Shown: positions 1 to 14,217, counted from the stretch's first letter. The stretch: DNA of 64,000 bases from Octopus vulgaris (GCA_951406725.2 OX597818.1:123256001-123320000), one strand, 5' to 3'. The notes: generated by a model from the letters alone, not told the origin. Made by a program: numbers and translations.

Positions 1-1627
1 CACATGCACACGCACACACATTATGAGGGCCTGGGAGAGCCTTGGATATAGTTTCTCTCTCCAGTGCAAACCAGTAACAAATAACAAAACCATCTCACAG
101 CAGAAATTATGTGTCATTATGCATGACAGAATGTGTCTTCTTCTCTATGAGGTCAGCTAAGGCATAAAGAAAAACAAAATGGTGGTGATGACGTTTATAT
201 CAGCAGAAGCGGCGTTGAAGGCACTGATGCTAGCGATTCAATGTGCATTGCTTCCTCGCAGTCTGTAGAGAATGGTTTTGTATAACACTCAGTTGTGTGT
301 GATCGAGCAGAATTATGACCAAATACATTCAAATGCTCTTTTGTTTTGTTTTCTTATTCTTTTTTTCTTTTTGTATTTTTGCGGGGGGTTTTTCTTTGTG
401 CAAAATTTGTTTGTTTCTTCTTTTAACAAATACCTACTCCGCATTACATTATCCTATATGCCTGCTTTAAGACTGTAGGTCCTGGATGGAAAGTGATCTG
501 ATAACTAATTGTAACCGATTGATTTATTACATAGATACGTTCACATAGCCAAGTTTTATTGCAAATCGATTTATTATGAAGATATGTGTTCTCGTTAACT
601 CATCTATAAACCAAATTTTATAAAACAAATTTTATAGGAATGGTAATAGCTGGGAATTACGAGTTTATGATTTCCAGTTGCACAAACTTACATGGAGTTG
701 ACACCCTGGTAATGCGATTCATGAAGCGTTTTATTATATTTAATCTGAAAATGAGTGTTGAAGAGAACCCATCATTGGTGAATTTAATTGATGCTATACT
801 CAATGATAACTGAAAATGCATAAACTTAACCATTCAACTTATTGACAGGCAACAACCCGGTCATTTACCCTTGCACTGTGATCAAGTACGTGCAATAATG
901 GCGTCAACTTTCAGTGTTTATACATCGATACCTTCCGATTATTATCGAATCTATTAAAAGTTCACACGTGTCGCTTTCTTTCCATAGAGAAACAAATTCC
1001 GGAAATTGTAGACAGTCGACTGTCTCTACATATTCGCTGTCTTCGTCTGTGCATATTCTTCGCCTTTAAGTATACCAGATATAACGGCCTAGATATAATG
1101 AACACAAGCTAAAATGCTGGAATTCCTTCCCCTGAATTAGGGTCGATCCGTACTTTGTGAAATTCCCAACAAATTGAAATAACTAATGAATTTATTTGTA
1201 CCATAAAACTGCGTTTGTTTGGATAGTTTCAGTTGTTCTTCATATATTTAGATGTTTTTAGATATTCAAATTCAAAAAATATGGGATTTCTGTACAAGAT
1301 TCTCTTCATTCTTCAGTGTACTTTTATTATTTAATATATACTTCAGTGATTGGATTGCAGTTATACTGGGGAACCTCCTTGCGAGGTTTTAGCCAAATAA
1401 ATCGACCCCACAACTTTTTACAAAGCCTGATACTCATTATATCGGCTTTTTGCCGAACGGCTATGTTTTGGGCTCATTGCCAAGCGGCAGGGGAGAACAA
1501 ACACAAAGTCAAATACGCAAGCATATACACACACGCACGCACACACACACATACACACACACATACACACACACATACACACACACATACATATATGTAT
1601 ATGTATATATATGTATATATATATTTA

Positions 1628-1848
1628 AAGTAGGATAAATTTTTTTTCGAAAAAAAATGTTATCAATGGCCAGCATATTAAAAAATACCTTTAAAGGTTA
1701 AAATTATAAATAAGTTATAAATAAGTGCAAACGAGAAAATTTCTAATGCCAAATATGCCGAAATTGAACATATGGTTATGAACAATATGTTCAATTTCGG
1801 CATATTTGGCATTAGAAATTTTTTCGTTTGCCCTTATTTATAATTTAT
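1628..1848. mobile_element. Short TA-inserted fold-back fragment
   Basis: Arms at about 1716-1773 and 1785-1843. The left part resembles 12565-12660 (GGCCAGCAT...AAAGGT). It interrupts a SINE. Confidence 0.55.
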
Positions 1849-2085
1849 GTATATATATGAGTTTCTTTCAGGTTACGTCTATCAAAACTACTCACGAAAA
1901 TTTGATCGGCCCGAGACTATAGTAGAAGACACTTGATCAAGGTGAACAAAGTAAGGCTGAACCTGGAACCGTTTGGTGGGGAAGCAAGCTTCTTACCACA
2001 GATCCATGCCTATAATTTATATTAAATATATAAGCATTTTGGAATATGGTTCATTATCTGTAGAATATTTCCAATATAAATAATG

Positions 2086-2444
2086 TTGGAGTAAAGATTG
2101 TTTCCCAACATAACATGACAGTCCCGGTTTTAGGACGAATGTTGCTGTAATTTAGCCCCGGGAGACATTGTCTCCAGCTGGCTATACGACATGATCTGTG
2201 TCATTATATTTTCGAACAAGGGAATCTAGCACCCCCACTCAGCTCAAAACTATAACCCGAAATCGCGATACACAGATATTGTTTTAGCTGAGTGGGGGTG
2301 CAAGATTCATTTGTTCGAAAGTATAAGGACACAAATCGTATCGTATAGCCAGCTGGAGACAATGTCTCCTGGGGCTAAATTACAGCAACATTTGTCCTAA
2401 AACCTGGACTGTCATGTTATGTTGACAAACAATTTTTACTCCAA
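2086..2444. mobile_element. Palindromic MITE-like element
   Basis: About 165-bp imperfect inverted arms (2086-2250 and 2281-2444). Confidence 0.8.
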
Positions 2445-3492
2445 AGTACTGTTGCTGAATATCTCATTGTGAGATTTAAAAATAGTCATTTTCTAATAAA
2501 CGATGTTATCTACGTGATACTTGACCATTGCTTATTTCAATGTAAAACTGTTTAGTATTACCTTGAATATTATTTTACTAATATTTCATATTTATTTTTC
2601 TTTCTCAATTTTTTTTTCAATATTTTGTTTAAATTGCTCTCTATTCCGCTTATTAAGTTGTTTAATAAATTGATTCCAAATACTATCATTCCACATTGTC
2701 AATATCAAAATGTGGCGGTATTAGAAATTGTTGCCAGATGATGTCAGTACTATCAGATATTATTGATGTGAAATTGCAAATATCACGCTTACGTCTTCCT
2801 GTAATTGAATCGCAGTGTAAAGCAGGAGAGTAAACTACCACCGAGAACAAACATAAAAGCGTCACATGGTAACTTTGATCTTGAAGAAATGATGTTTGTA
2901 CGCTGTGTGTTTCAGGATCGATACCAATGAAAAGTTTGCTGAGTGAAATTTGCTAGACGAAGACTGTGGAAACTCAGCTTCTGTTCTTAAGGAGAATGGG
3001 TTAGGTTTACTCAGTTGTCTACTTTCGCATAACATCCGGTTTCTTGAACGACTTTAGTGGTGGGTGGAGTCCATTATATTGTAAATATTCGAGTCTGAGG
3101 ATAAGTTCCTCTTTTATTTCTACGATTTGGAGGCCGTTAAACGGTTATTAGCGCTACCCTTCCCCTCTGTATTGCAATAACGCTGTATATACATTATACA
3201 TCTGAACCTGATGGTGTTTTGTATTGATCTCATTATCATCTTTAGAATTGATAACCTGGTCTTAGATAATTATATCTGGAGAGAAGAGGGAATGATCATT
3301 GCAATACCGTTCATCATTGGATAGCTTCATTCAGCTCACTTTGAGTTCAACAACAAGGAACTGTGTCACAAGAATGGTTTCTCGACATTCTGCTTTCGCT
3401 TCTATTTACCGACTCATATAACTCCCAGGTGGTAGTCACCGAGAATTACTTTTCATATTACATTTTATATTAATTTCTTTTCTTTCTTTTTT

Positions 3493-3875
3493 TTTACTTG
3501 TTTCAGTCATTTGACTACGGTCATGCTGGAGCACCACCTTTAATCGAGCAACTCGACCCCGGGACTTATTCTTTGTAAGCCCAGCACTTATTCTATCGGA
3601 TTTCTTTTGCCGAACATAAACACACCAGCATCGGTTGTCAAGCAATGCTAGGGGGACATACACAGACACACTAACACACACGCACATATTTATATATATA
3701 TATACATATATACAACGAACTTCTTTCAGTTTCCGTCTACCAAATCCACTCACAAGGCTTTGGTCGGCTCGAGGCTATAGTAGAAGACACTTGCCCAAGG
3801 TGCCACGCAGTGGGACTGAACCCGGAACCATGTGGTTGGTAAGCAAGCTACTTACCACACAGCCACTCCTGCGCC
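3493..3875 (-). mobile_element. tRNA-like SINE family A
   Basis: Head GGCGCAGGAGTGGCTGTGTGGTAAG...GGTTCAGTCCC (A/B-box-like), internal microsatellite, tail GACTGAAACAAGTAAAA. Confidence 0.85.
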
Positions 3876-4061
3876 TATTTAATTTATGTAATTATATTTA
3901 ATTTATGTAATTTATTACATTGTATTTTCTTGGTGAAGTTAGACTTCGACTGATGCTCTTCATATCAGATCATTCACGGCTATATCTTCAAAATTTATTC
4001 AACCCTTTTCTTCCTTATTTTCTTTACATGAAGCATTCAGTCCCTTACCAATTTTTATTTC

Positions 4062-4138
<77 letters not shown>

Positions 4139-5119
4139 GTGTTCAATTTCTTTCTCTACTTCATATTAATTACGTTATCAATCTCCATATGTTAACTAAA
4201 AGTTTTGCTTCTAGATATTACCTTTCGTGTAAATGTCTCACCATCACATGTTGATGTCATTGTTTTCGTATTTCGTATTTGGTAATATAACATTACATTT
4301 AAATGAATATTTTCATCAGCAAATCATTGATTTGTTTTTATATTTTATATGAGCGCCATTACGTTCCTCGCTGTACGACTTGAGGAGCGGCATCAGGAAA
4401 TTCAAATTAAAACTTTTTACGTCAAGTATCGGCATTGATTCTGTCTACCACTTAAATTCCTTTTAATATGCCTACCATTACAAATATCTTGTTTATTAGA
4501 TGCAGCCGGGTTAAATGCATGTCGATCTTTATCATTAAAGCTTTCAATGTTATATATTTTACAGTACATATTTTAATAAAAATAACGTATTTAATTTATA
4601 CATTAAGCAATAAAGTTTGAATGATTCTATTCGATTAACTCACTGGGGACTGCTAACATTAATTTGAATTGGAAACTGAATTTTAGATCTTCAAATTTAG
4701 AGGATTTTCATGTTATTGGATGTTGTTATTTTTCAATGGAAGATATATGCTAACACTCTTCAATGAAAGAGTAATGTATCTAATCGCTTAAAAACAAAGC
4801 AACGTGTTTAGATTGATAGCCTGAATGTGGAGTGTTAGAAATCTGAGAGTGGCAAGCTAAATATTTTGCAGTAATAAGTTTCTTAGTTGCATGTTCAAAA
4901 CAAGCTAAATTTATCTTTTCTATATCATATTCATATCGATATGACCAGTCATTTACAAGACTCAAGACAATTAAATACATTGTGTCCAATAAATATGTGC
5001 CTATGTGTCAATGTGTAATATACCTTTTATATAGACATATAAATATAATTGTAATGTAACGTCAATTGCGAATAAACATACGCAGGTTTGCATACATTAT
5101 ACATACATACACACACACG

Positions 5120-5175
<56 letters not shown>

Positions 5176-5496
5176 TACACGCAGAGAGACACGCAGAGAC
5201 ACACACACATACCCACACTTTGTTTTTGTACTTGATTTGCAAAATTCTTGATGTGAATTAGTGTGTTGAAACAATTCCTGCTGTGTCTAGGGATAGTCAT
5301 TATGGCAATAAAAATTTAAATAAACACACGCACTGGTTCAATACCACTTGTTTATTTTACCAACAGAATATTCAGTTGTTTGTTTAATGTGTTGACTGAG
5401 AAAGTCCATCAGGTGTTAGTTTTCTCTATCGTAGTCTCTTTTTTATTTACGACCTCATCAATGACATACCCTCACTCTTCAAGGTTTGTTTTCAGT

Positions 5497-6411
5497 CTAT
5501 ATGTATGTATGTATGTATGGATGGATGTATGAATGGTTGTATGTATACATGTATATATGTGTATGTATGTATGCCTATATCTGTATGTATGGACGCAGGT
5601 ATGTATGTATGTATGTATCTGAGTATGTATGCATGCATGTACGCATGCATGTATGTATGTATTTATATATGTATGCATGTATGTGTATGTAGGTATGTAC
5701 TCATGCATGCTCGCATTTAGGTATATATGTATACTTGTATGTACGTATGTATTTATGTATGTATGCATGTATCTATGCATGCACGTAGATGTATGCATGC
5801 ATGCATGTATGTATGTATGCATGTATGAATATGTATGTATACACGCATGTATGTATCTATAGATGCATGCAAGTATGCATATATGTATGCATACATGCAT
5901 GTATGTATGCACACATATGTATATATGTACACATACGTGTATGATGATATGTGTTTACTTATGTGTGTGTGCGTTCAGGCGTGTTGTGTTCGTGTGGTAT
6001 AGTCGGTTATATTTTGAATTGAGAAGCACCTGTGTGTAGAGTTGTGTGCCGATGGCACTGTCGGTGTGTTTTGATTATTGTCAGGAATAGTAGTAGTATT
6101 ACAGGAATCAGAATACCTGGTGTTATCTGTAACTGCCATTTACCTGGCAAAATAAAACGCATGTTGCTGCATTTGACAAGCTGTGAATTGGATTAAGTAA
6201 CATTTGTATGCATGTACGTACGTATATATGTATGAATGCACGTATGTATGTACCATGAACCAATGTACGTATGTGGTGTGTACGTACGTACGTACGCATG
6301 TATGTATGTATGTATGTATGTATGTATGTATGTATATGTATGTATGTATGTATGTACCATGAACCAATGTACGTAAGTGTGTGTACGTACGTACGTACGC
6401 ATGTATGTAGG

Positions 6412-6443
<32 letters not shown>

Positions 6444-6530
6444 TGTATGTATGTATGTATGTATGTATGTATGTATGTATGTATGTATGTATGCATGTAT
6501 GTATGTATGCCTTTGTGTATGTGTATATAT
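5497..6530. repeat. Degenerate (TATG)n microsatellite fields
   Basis: Direct reading (5497-5945 and 6205-6530). Confidence 0.9.
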
Positions 6531-6689
6531 ACTCGGTGACGAGAAAACATCTGAAGAAGACATAGTGAGGTAATCCTTACCGAAATCCTAAATATAATTT
6601 GAAATAATATATGAATATTTCTAGAACGTTAATCTCTACACTAACTGTATAAACGGTACGTTCGTCTATTCTTATATTTTTTCTTTCAG

Positions 6690-7070
6690 ATATTCGACCG
6701 CAGCCATGCTGGAGCAACATCTTAGCAGGGTTTTTATTCGAACAAATCGACACCAGGAGTTATTTTTAAGCGTAGTACTTAACACATCAGTTCTTTTTGT
6801 CGAAACGCTAAGTTACGGGGACGTAGACATGGCGGACAAACATAGACACAAAAACACACATGAATACACACACACGCGCGTATGTACGTATATATATATA
6901 TATATATACGACGGGCTTCTTTCAGTTTCCGTCAAACAAATCAACTCACAAGGATTTGGTCGGCGTGAGGCTATAGAAGAAACACTTGCCCAAGGTTCCA
7001 CACAGTAGGAGTGAACCCGGGACCAGGTGGTTGAGAGCCAAGCTTCTTACCATACATCCACGCCTAAGCC
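6690..7070 (-). mobile_element. SINE family A (diverged)
   Basis: Homology to 3493-3875. Confidence 0.7.
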
Positions 7071-7399
7071 TATTAACTTCTGATTCTCAATATCAATGAA
7101 ACCTACCCATTGCGTAGCAATTCTTTCGAGATATACATATATGTATGTGTGAGGGTGCGCGGATGCGTGTGTATATATGTGTGATTATGTGTGTGAGTAT
7201 GTGTGTGTGTTTTGCGTCTGTGTGTTTAATACTTGGCGTTGTTAATTTACAGTAATCAACAACATACATACATACATATGCACATGCATATATATATTGA
7301 TGTGATATGTACCTATATAAGCACATGTATGTATTTATATATTCTATATATACGTCTGTTATCTTACATATAAACATACTTATGCATATATCTCTATAT

Positions 7400-7768
7400 A
7401 GAAATATATTTATATACACACATACATACATACATACAAACACATACATACATACATACATACACACATACATACATACATACATACATACATACATACA
7501 TACATCCATACATACATACATACATACATACATACATACATACATACATGCATGCATACATACATACATACATACATGCATGCATACGTACATACATACA
7601 TACATACATACATATATACATGCATACGTATATCCATACATACATACATACATACATACATACACACATATATACATACATACATACATACATACATACA
7701 TACATACATACATACATACATACATACATGCATACATACATATATCCATACATACATACATACATACA

Positions 7769-7799
<31 letters not shown>

Positions 7800-8066
7800 G
7801 TACGTACGTATATACATATATATACACATATATACATACATACATACATACATGCATGCATACATACATACATATATCCATACATACATACATACATACA
7901 TACATACATACATGCATGCATACGTACGTATATACATACATATATACATATATACATACATACATACATACATGCATGCATACATACATACATACATACA
8001 TACATACATACATACATACATACATACATACATACACACATATATATATATATATGTGTGTGTGTG
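7400..8066. repeat. (CATA)n microsatellite field with higher-order repeats
   Basis: Direct reading. Confidence 0.9.
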
Positions 8067-8673
8067 TTCGTCTGAGAATGTGAACTTGCATATGTATATA
8101 TAGGTGTACTACTTACTATGCAAGGAAAATGCGCTGAAGTAAAAAGGAAATACGTAACAGCATTTGGTAAAATTCGGCACATGAAGTATGAATATAAAAG
8201 GTGAAATATTGCTAACGGGTGCCAGATGTTACTGAAACATAGAGAATTACATTCCTGTGCTTCTTTTCCAAAATTTTCCAATTTAACCAGAAATCCCTTT
8301 AGCGAGCTTTGATCAATGTGTGATTGATTGAAACGCCTGTATCAATACATTCCTAACTTAATGTCGGGTGGTGCTTTATGAGTGTGTGTGTGTGTGTGTG
8401 TGTAAATGTGTATGCATATATGAACATGAATATATACACATATACTTATATATATACCCATATAATATATGTACATAAGTGTGATATATAGAATATATGC
8501 ATATATATACAAGCACTTACGCACACACATAAAAAGTATGTATATGTCAATGCGTGTATATATATGTGTGTGAGTGTGCGAATGTGTGTCTGTATCTATG
8601 TCCCTATATCGATTTATCTATCTATCTACCTCTCCATCTCTATCTATATACGTATATATATATATATATATAT

Positions 8674-8713
<40 letters not shown>

Positions 8714-8762
8714 ACAGATAGATATATACATGTGTGAGTGTGAGTATATATCTATCTATCTA

Positions 8763-8827
<65 letters not shown>

Positions 8828-8902
8828 TCTTATTCTTTTATTTATTTAATATTCTATTCAGTTACTTGTTTCAGTAATTTGACTGCGGTCATGCTTGAGC
8901 AC

Positions 8903-8945
<43 letters not shown>

Positions 8946-9016
8946 AAATATATATATATATATATATATACATATACATATCTAATATATATATATAAAA
9001 TATGTCTAATGTGTGA

Positions 9017-9057
<41 letters not shown>

Positions 9058-9551
9058 GTAATTGGAAACCAAGTTAGGTATGAGGATATTACGGAAGACA
9101 ATGATATTAAATTGAAAGAAAAAAAAATCTCCGTTGAATTGACATACGCGTTTACAACTAAATAAATGAATAAATAAATAAATAAATAAATAAGCGATTC
9201 AATAAAACCTTCATCACATCTAAGGATAGTCGGTCTCGGAGCAAACAGGGAAACGATACATGACAGGGTCAAATGTTTCTCGCTAACCTAAACTGAACGT
9301 TAGCTGTCCTTTCACTACGGCCTGTACTAGCTGAACAAACTTTGTCCTCCATCTTCTTTGGTAAGCTTAAAGACGAACGACCTTGTCACGTTCAAAAAAC
9401 TGGTGACCTCTCAGCTTTTATCGTTGTTGGTTTGAGTGTACAGAATGGTAGGCTTTTCTTATTTCTTGTGTCACATTCATGTCTTTCTAGTTGATGCTGT
9501 CGATACCTTTGAAAGAAAATCTATGCTCAACATACTTGGCGTTTGATATAT

Positions 9552-9775
9552 GAGCTGGCAGAATCGTTAGCATTCCGGGCGAAATGCGTAGCCGTATTTC
9601 GTCTGCCGTTACGTTCTGAGTTCAAATTCCGCCGAGGTCGACTTTGCCTTTCATCCTTTCGGGGTCGATAAATTAAGTACCAGTTACGCACTGGGGTCGA
9701 TGTAATCGATTTAATCCCTTTGTCTGTCCATGTTTGTCCCCTCTATGTTTAGCCCCTTGTGGGCAGTAAAGAAAT
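9552..9775 (+). mobile_element. tRNA-like SINE family B
   Basis: GAGCTGGCAGAATCGTTAGC...GAGTTCAAATTCC (B box), core GCCTTTCATCCTTTCGGGGTCGATAAA, tail GCCCCTTGTGGGCAGTAAAGAAATA. Confidence 0.85.
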
Positions 9776-10178
9776 ATATATATAATATTTGCATTACATC
9801 GTTTCCCAATGATGTCCCGTTAAATCTGTGTTCACATTTCCACATGCACGAATTAGAGCCACTTGGAACATGCGCATACAAATACACACGTGCGCGCGTA
9901 CACACATGCACGCACACAAACATGTAGGAATGCGTACCAACTCAACTACATATGGTCACAAAGCCGTGCACTCCATATATAAATTCATGTATATATATAC
10001 AGATTTTTATGATTGTTAAAAGAGCTTATTATGATTGCTTTGCAACCTCGATATTCTTTTACATTTTTATACCACTGACTTCTCTAGTATCTAACTCAGT
10101 TGCCAATTACATAACGTGTATATAAACATACACGCACGCACACACACACACACACATATATATGTATATATATATATG

Positions 10179-10255
<77 letters not shown>

Positions 10256-10378
10256 CAACAATTGAGGAATGGCCTTAATGGGCTATTCGATCCACTAGAA
10301 AGAGCAGCCAGGACTCAAACCGCCAAGTAGTAGTAATTCAGAAATTAGTGAAAATTTTAAAACATTTGCCCTAAATCA

Positions 10379-10477
10379 TCTTTAGACAATGCATTGTTTC
10401 GGTGTTTTTAATGGCAAACCAGCTTAATTAAATTAAATTAAGTCGATCCACCAAAGGCTACACCTTGTCGGTAAAGA
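10379..10477 (-). ncRNA. Type-I hammerhead ribozyme motif (core CCGACAA), unit 1 of a 458-bp tandem
   Basis: Minus strand reads UCUUUA-CCGACAA-GGUGU...ACACC-GAAA-CAAUGCAUU-GUC-UAAAGA. Stem I is 6 bp, stem II has a 5-bp base, and stem III is the palindrome ACAAUGCAUUGU. The core deviates at U4C and G8A. Confidence 0.75.
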
Positions 10478-10836
10478 GGCCAAGAGAGACGGATATACAC
10501 GAGGCATCTGTATCTATGCCCTAAAATTTTCAAAACTATCGTACTCGCGCCAACTTATCAGCAGTAAATATAAACTGCTGATTCAATTTCAGAATTAGTC
10601 AGAAAATCATCAATTAATCAATATAGGGTAGCAAAAAATTCAATAGAAATTTATCGCCACCAGCGGTCTAGTGAGAAAGAGAAAATAGTCATAGACTATA
10701 TATATAAATTCAGCAACAATTGAGGAATGGACTTAATAGGCCTTTCGACCCACTAGAAAGAGCAACCAGGACTCAAACCGCCAAGTAGTAGTAATTCAGA
10801 AATTAGAGAAAATTTTAAAACATTTACCCTAAATCA

Positions 10837-10935
10837 TCTTTAGACAATGCATTGTTTCGGTGTTTTTAATGGCAAACCAGCTTAATTAAATTAAATTAAG
10901 TCAATCCACCAAAGGCTACACCTCGTCGGTAAAGA
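10837..10935 (-). ncRNA. Type-I hammerhead ribozyme motif (core CCGACGA), unit 2
   Basis: Same fold as 10379-10477, exactly 458 bp away. The core differs from canonical only at U4C; GUC site. Confidence 0.8.
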
Positions 10936-11240
10936 GGTGTAGCCGTTGGTGGATTGACTTAATTTAATTTAATTAAGCTGGTTTGCCATTAAAAACACCG
11001 AAACAATGCATTGTCTAAAGATGATTTAGGGTAAATGTTTTAAAATTTTCTCTAATTTCTGAATTACTACTACTTGGCGGTTTGAGTCCTGGCTGCTCTT
11101 TCTAGTGGGTCGAATGGCCTATTAAGGCCATTCCTCAATTGTTGTTGAATTTATATATATAGTCTTTGACTATTTTCTCTTTCTCACTAGACCGCTGGTG
11201 GCGATAAATTTCTATTGAATTTTTTGCTACCCTATATTGA

Positions 11241-11319
<79 letters not shown>

Positions 11320-11326
11320 AATACCT

Positions 11327-11617
11327 GGAGGCGCAATGGCCCAGTGGTTAGGTCAGCGGACTCGCGGTCGTAGGATCGCGGTTTCGATTCCCAGACCTGG
11401 CGTTGTGAGTGTTTATTGAGCGAAAACACCTAAAAGCTCCACGACGCTCCGGCAGGGGGTGGTGATCCTTGCTGTACTCTTTCACCACTCTTTCTGTTGG
11501 CCTGCTCGCTTAGGCAGCGGGATGGCGTCATTCAAAGGCTAAAACAATGCGAACGCATTGTGACCAGCGATGTGTAACAGCATCTGATTGTCTGGTCGGT
11601 CACGTGATCACGTGATA
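11327..11617 (+). mobile_element. tRNA-like SINE family C (tail type 1)
   Basis: GGAGGCGCAATGGCCCAGTGGTTAG...GGTTTCGATTCCC. The tail is shared with 38341-38455 and 39569-39683 (minus). Confidence 0.8.
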
Positions 11618-12793
11618 TGCAATGCACTTATATACAATTTCAATCCAACCATTGGTAAATATTTTTTTTAATGTAGCATCACTTCTTCATTTTAGCCATC
11701 ATTCTCCATAATGAAATTTTGTAGCATTGAGTGCACAGAAAGCCGCTGTGTGTGTGTGAGAGAGAGTGTGTGTGTGTTTATGAGCATCTCTGCGTGCATG
11801 TGCGTGTGTAACAACCTGTGTCTGTGTGTGCGTGCGTGCCTGAATTATTTGAAAATTACAACAATTATGATTATCCTCCTCTTAAATTGCTTTATAGTTA
11901 TAGAAGAGAATTCTCGCAAGATCACTATGAGACGGGCATGGAGAAGGAAACAAGTGCTACTACGAAATTATGATATTAGCCGAAAGCTGATATCATCATT
12001 TCGCAGAGTTTAAAATATTGATGTCAGTATCGTTTGTGGCAAATTTAAACATTGTTCTTTAATCATAGCTGCGTCTTCATAGCTATAGAACGGAACATAA
12101 AGAGAAAAACTTTTATATTCTGGGATAAGTCGAAATTAATATTTATGAAGTAGAGAAGAAAAAAAAGAAGAAATGCGAAGAAAATCTCCCCAACAACATT
12201 ACACAAAACTACACTGCAATCATACCTATATTAATGCTTTCTTCCCATAGGCATAAGGATTGTAATTTAAAAGGGGTGTGGACTGAATGATTGCCAGTGA
12301 TCGATGGTAATTATTTCATCGACCCCGCAAAGATGAAAAGCAAAGCCGACCACGGTGAGATTTGAACCCAGGACGTAATAACGGAGAAAATGCTCACTAA
12401 GAATTATTCTCTGGTGTACCAACGATTTTGCCAGCTCACCGCCTTCCTATATTCATGATTATATAATTCATACAGAAGAAATTATGGCACTGAAAAGGAA
12501 TGACAAATTTGAATATTCACCGAAACTCATATATATATATATATATATATATAAATATACATATAAGGATAATATCGTTATTTAAAATACCGATTTTATC
12601 AGGTGGCCAGCATGGGAATAAAAACCTCAAAGGTAATAATTATTATTAAAATTATAATTAAGGATATCTAAGAGTTACCACCATGCTAGAAATACTAGCC
12701 AAAACTTGACTCTAAAACCACATTAAATGTTCATACAGCATCAGGAGAGAAGACAAAGAGACAAAATAAACTAGCAAAAATGATTACTGGATA

Positions 12794-12852
12794 ATTCCAG
12801 ATCCCGGATTTCTGGATCTGCATGAGAAATGCTTTGCCTTCATCAGTGGAAT
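12794..12852 (-). ncRNA. Type-I hammerhead ribozyme motif
   Basis: Minus strand reads AUUCCA-CUGAUGA-A-GG...CC-A-GAAA-UCCGGG-AUC-UGGAAU. Stem I is a perfect 6 bp. The element (about 12560-12880) lies between TA tracts. Confidence 0.75.
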
Positions 12853-12877
12853 ATACGCAGATAGTACATAAATACAA

Positions 12878-12942
<65 letters not shown>

Positions 12943-13270
12943 ACATACGAATACTTACATATACGAACGTGTACATACATATATATGCACGTATACTCAC
13001 GACCAGTTTAAATGGCCAAAGGACAACAGTTCAATTTCAATTAAAATATTTCACTTCAAAATAGCATAAATTTACAATAAACAGAACAGGAAGGGAACTC
13101 ACATACCGCAGGTACCAAACTGAAGACAACAACGTGTCGCAGACGAAAAAGACGTGGCCTTGGTGGCTTTTTTCTTCTTTATTATAAGCATATAGCTCTG
13201 AGAAAGAAGGGACGAACAAAGACAGACAACACAATACAGAGGGTTACATAAAACGAAAATCGAATGAATA

Positions 13271-13650
13271 GGCGTAGGAGTGGCTGTGTGGTAAGTAGCT
13301 TGCTTACAAACCACATGGTTCCGGGTTCACCCCCACTGCGTGGCATCTTGGACAAGTGTCTTCTACTATAGCCTCGGGCCGACCAAAGCCTTGTGAGTGG
13401 ATTTGGTGGACGGAAACTGAAAGAAGCCCGTCGTATATATGTATATATATATATATATATGTTTGTATGTCTGTGTTTGTCCCCCCAACATCGCTTCACA
13501 ACCGATGCTGGCTTGTTTACGTCCCCGTAACTTAGCAGTTCGGCAAAAGAGACCGATAGAATAAGTACTAGGCTTACAAAGAATAAGGCCTGGGGTGCTC
13601 CAGCATGGCCGCAGTCAAATGACTGAAACAAGTAAAAGAGTAAAAGAGTA
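13271..13650 (+). mobile_element. SINE family A
   Basis: Full head and tail, ending in GTAAAAGA repeats. Confidence 0.85.
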
Positions 13651-14021
13651 TATGAGAAAAATGAAATGTCTTATTTGCGCCACATACGAAAAGAGCGGAA
13701 ATGTACGGTCGCACTAATGAAAGAGTGTGCATGGAGGACAAGAAAGCAAGGAATCGAGACAGGATCCTTCATCTCTGGAAGGATGTCGTGAGGAAGTTGG
13801 AAGCGACTGTCCCTAATTAATTCCACCCATGGTAAAAGCAAGGTATACTCGCTGGATTTCCGGCCATTTTTGTGAAAATAAGTTTGTGTAAATTTTTAAT
13901 CTATACATATGATTCATCCAATTTTTCATTATAAACTCACTTAGCTCATCTATATGTTTGTAACGTCCTGTATTGTCCTTCTTTGTAAAAGATATTTATT
14001 ATCATAATAAGGAAATTACTC

Positions 14022-14060
14022 CAGACTGATAATGAGCAATGACTCTGAAACTAGTCTCTG
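14022..14060 (+). ncRNA. Minimal hammerhead motif with G8A core (CUGAUAA)
   Basis: CAGA-CUGAUAA-U-GAG-caauga-CUC-U-GAAA-CUA-GUC-UCUG, with palindromic ACUAGU in stem III. The element ends in (TA)n at about 14223. Confidence 0.65.
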
Positions 14061-14217
14061 ATTGCTGGCTTTGCTGGGTAGAGGTGCTTATCTCCTCTTT
14101 GAAAACATAGGGACACAGGAAAGGTGTCAAGGCCAACAGGAAACAGTGTTTCCTTGGGCTAAATAGCAGTAGCATCTTCCCTGTCATGGGACTGTCACAT
14201 TAAGTTGACAATATACC

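Larger units (their letters stand above)
10251..11245 (-). mobile_element. Hammerhead-bearing non-autonomous retroelement: tandem 458-bp units plus terminal inversion, inside (TA)n
   Basis: Direct repeat with 458-bp period (10260 vs 10718). Inverted arms at 10613-10922 and 10936-11245. (TA)n on both sides. Confidence 0.75.

Noticed and set aside
6545-6595. CUGAAGA...GGUA-auccu-UACC-GAAA
   Set aside because: There is no stem III/NUH or stem I partner.
7093-8281. Long ORFs up to 332 aa (YVCM/HTYI repeats) and similar ORFs throughout the window
   Set aside because: They are translations of microsatellites that lack stop codons, with no coding evidence.
11327-11400. tRNA gene
   Set aside because: It is the tRNA-like head of a multi-copy SINE (also at 26796 and 54573) and continues into a SINE body.
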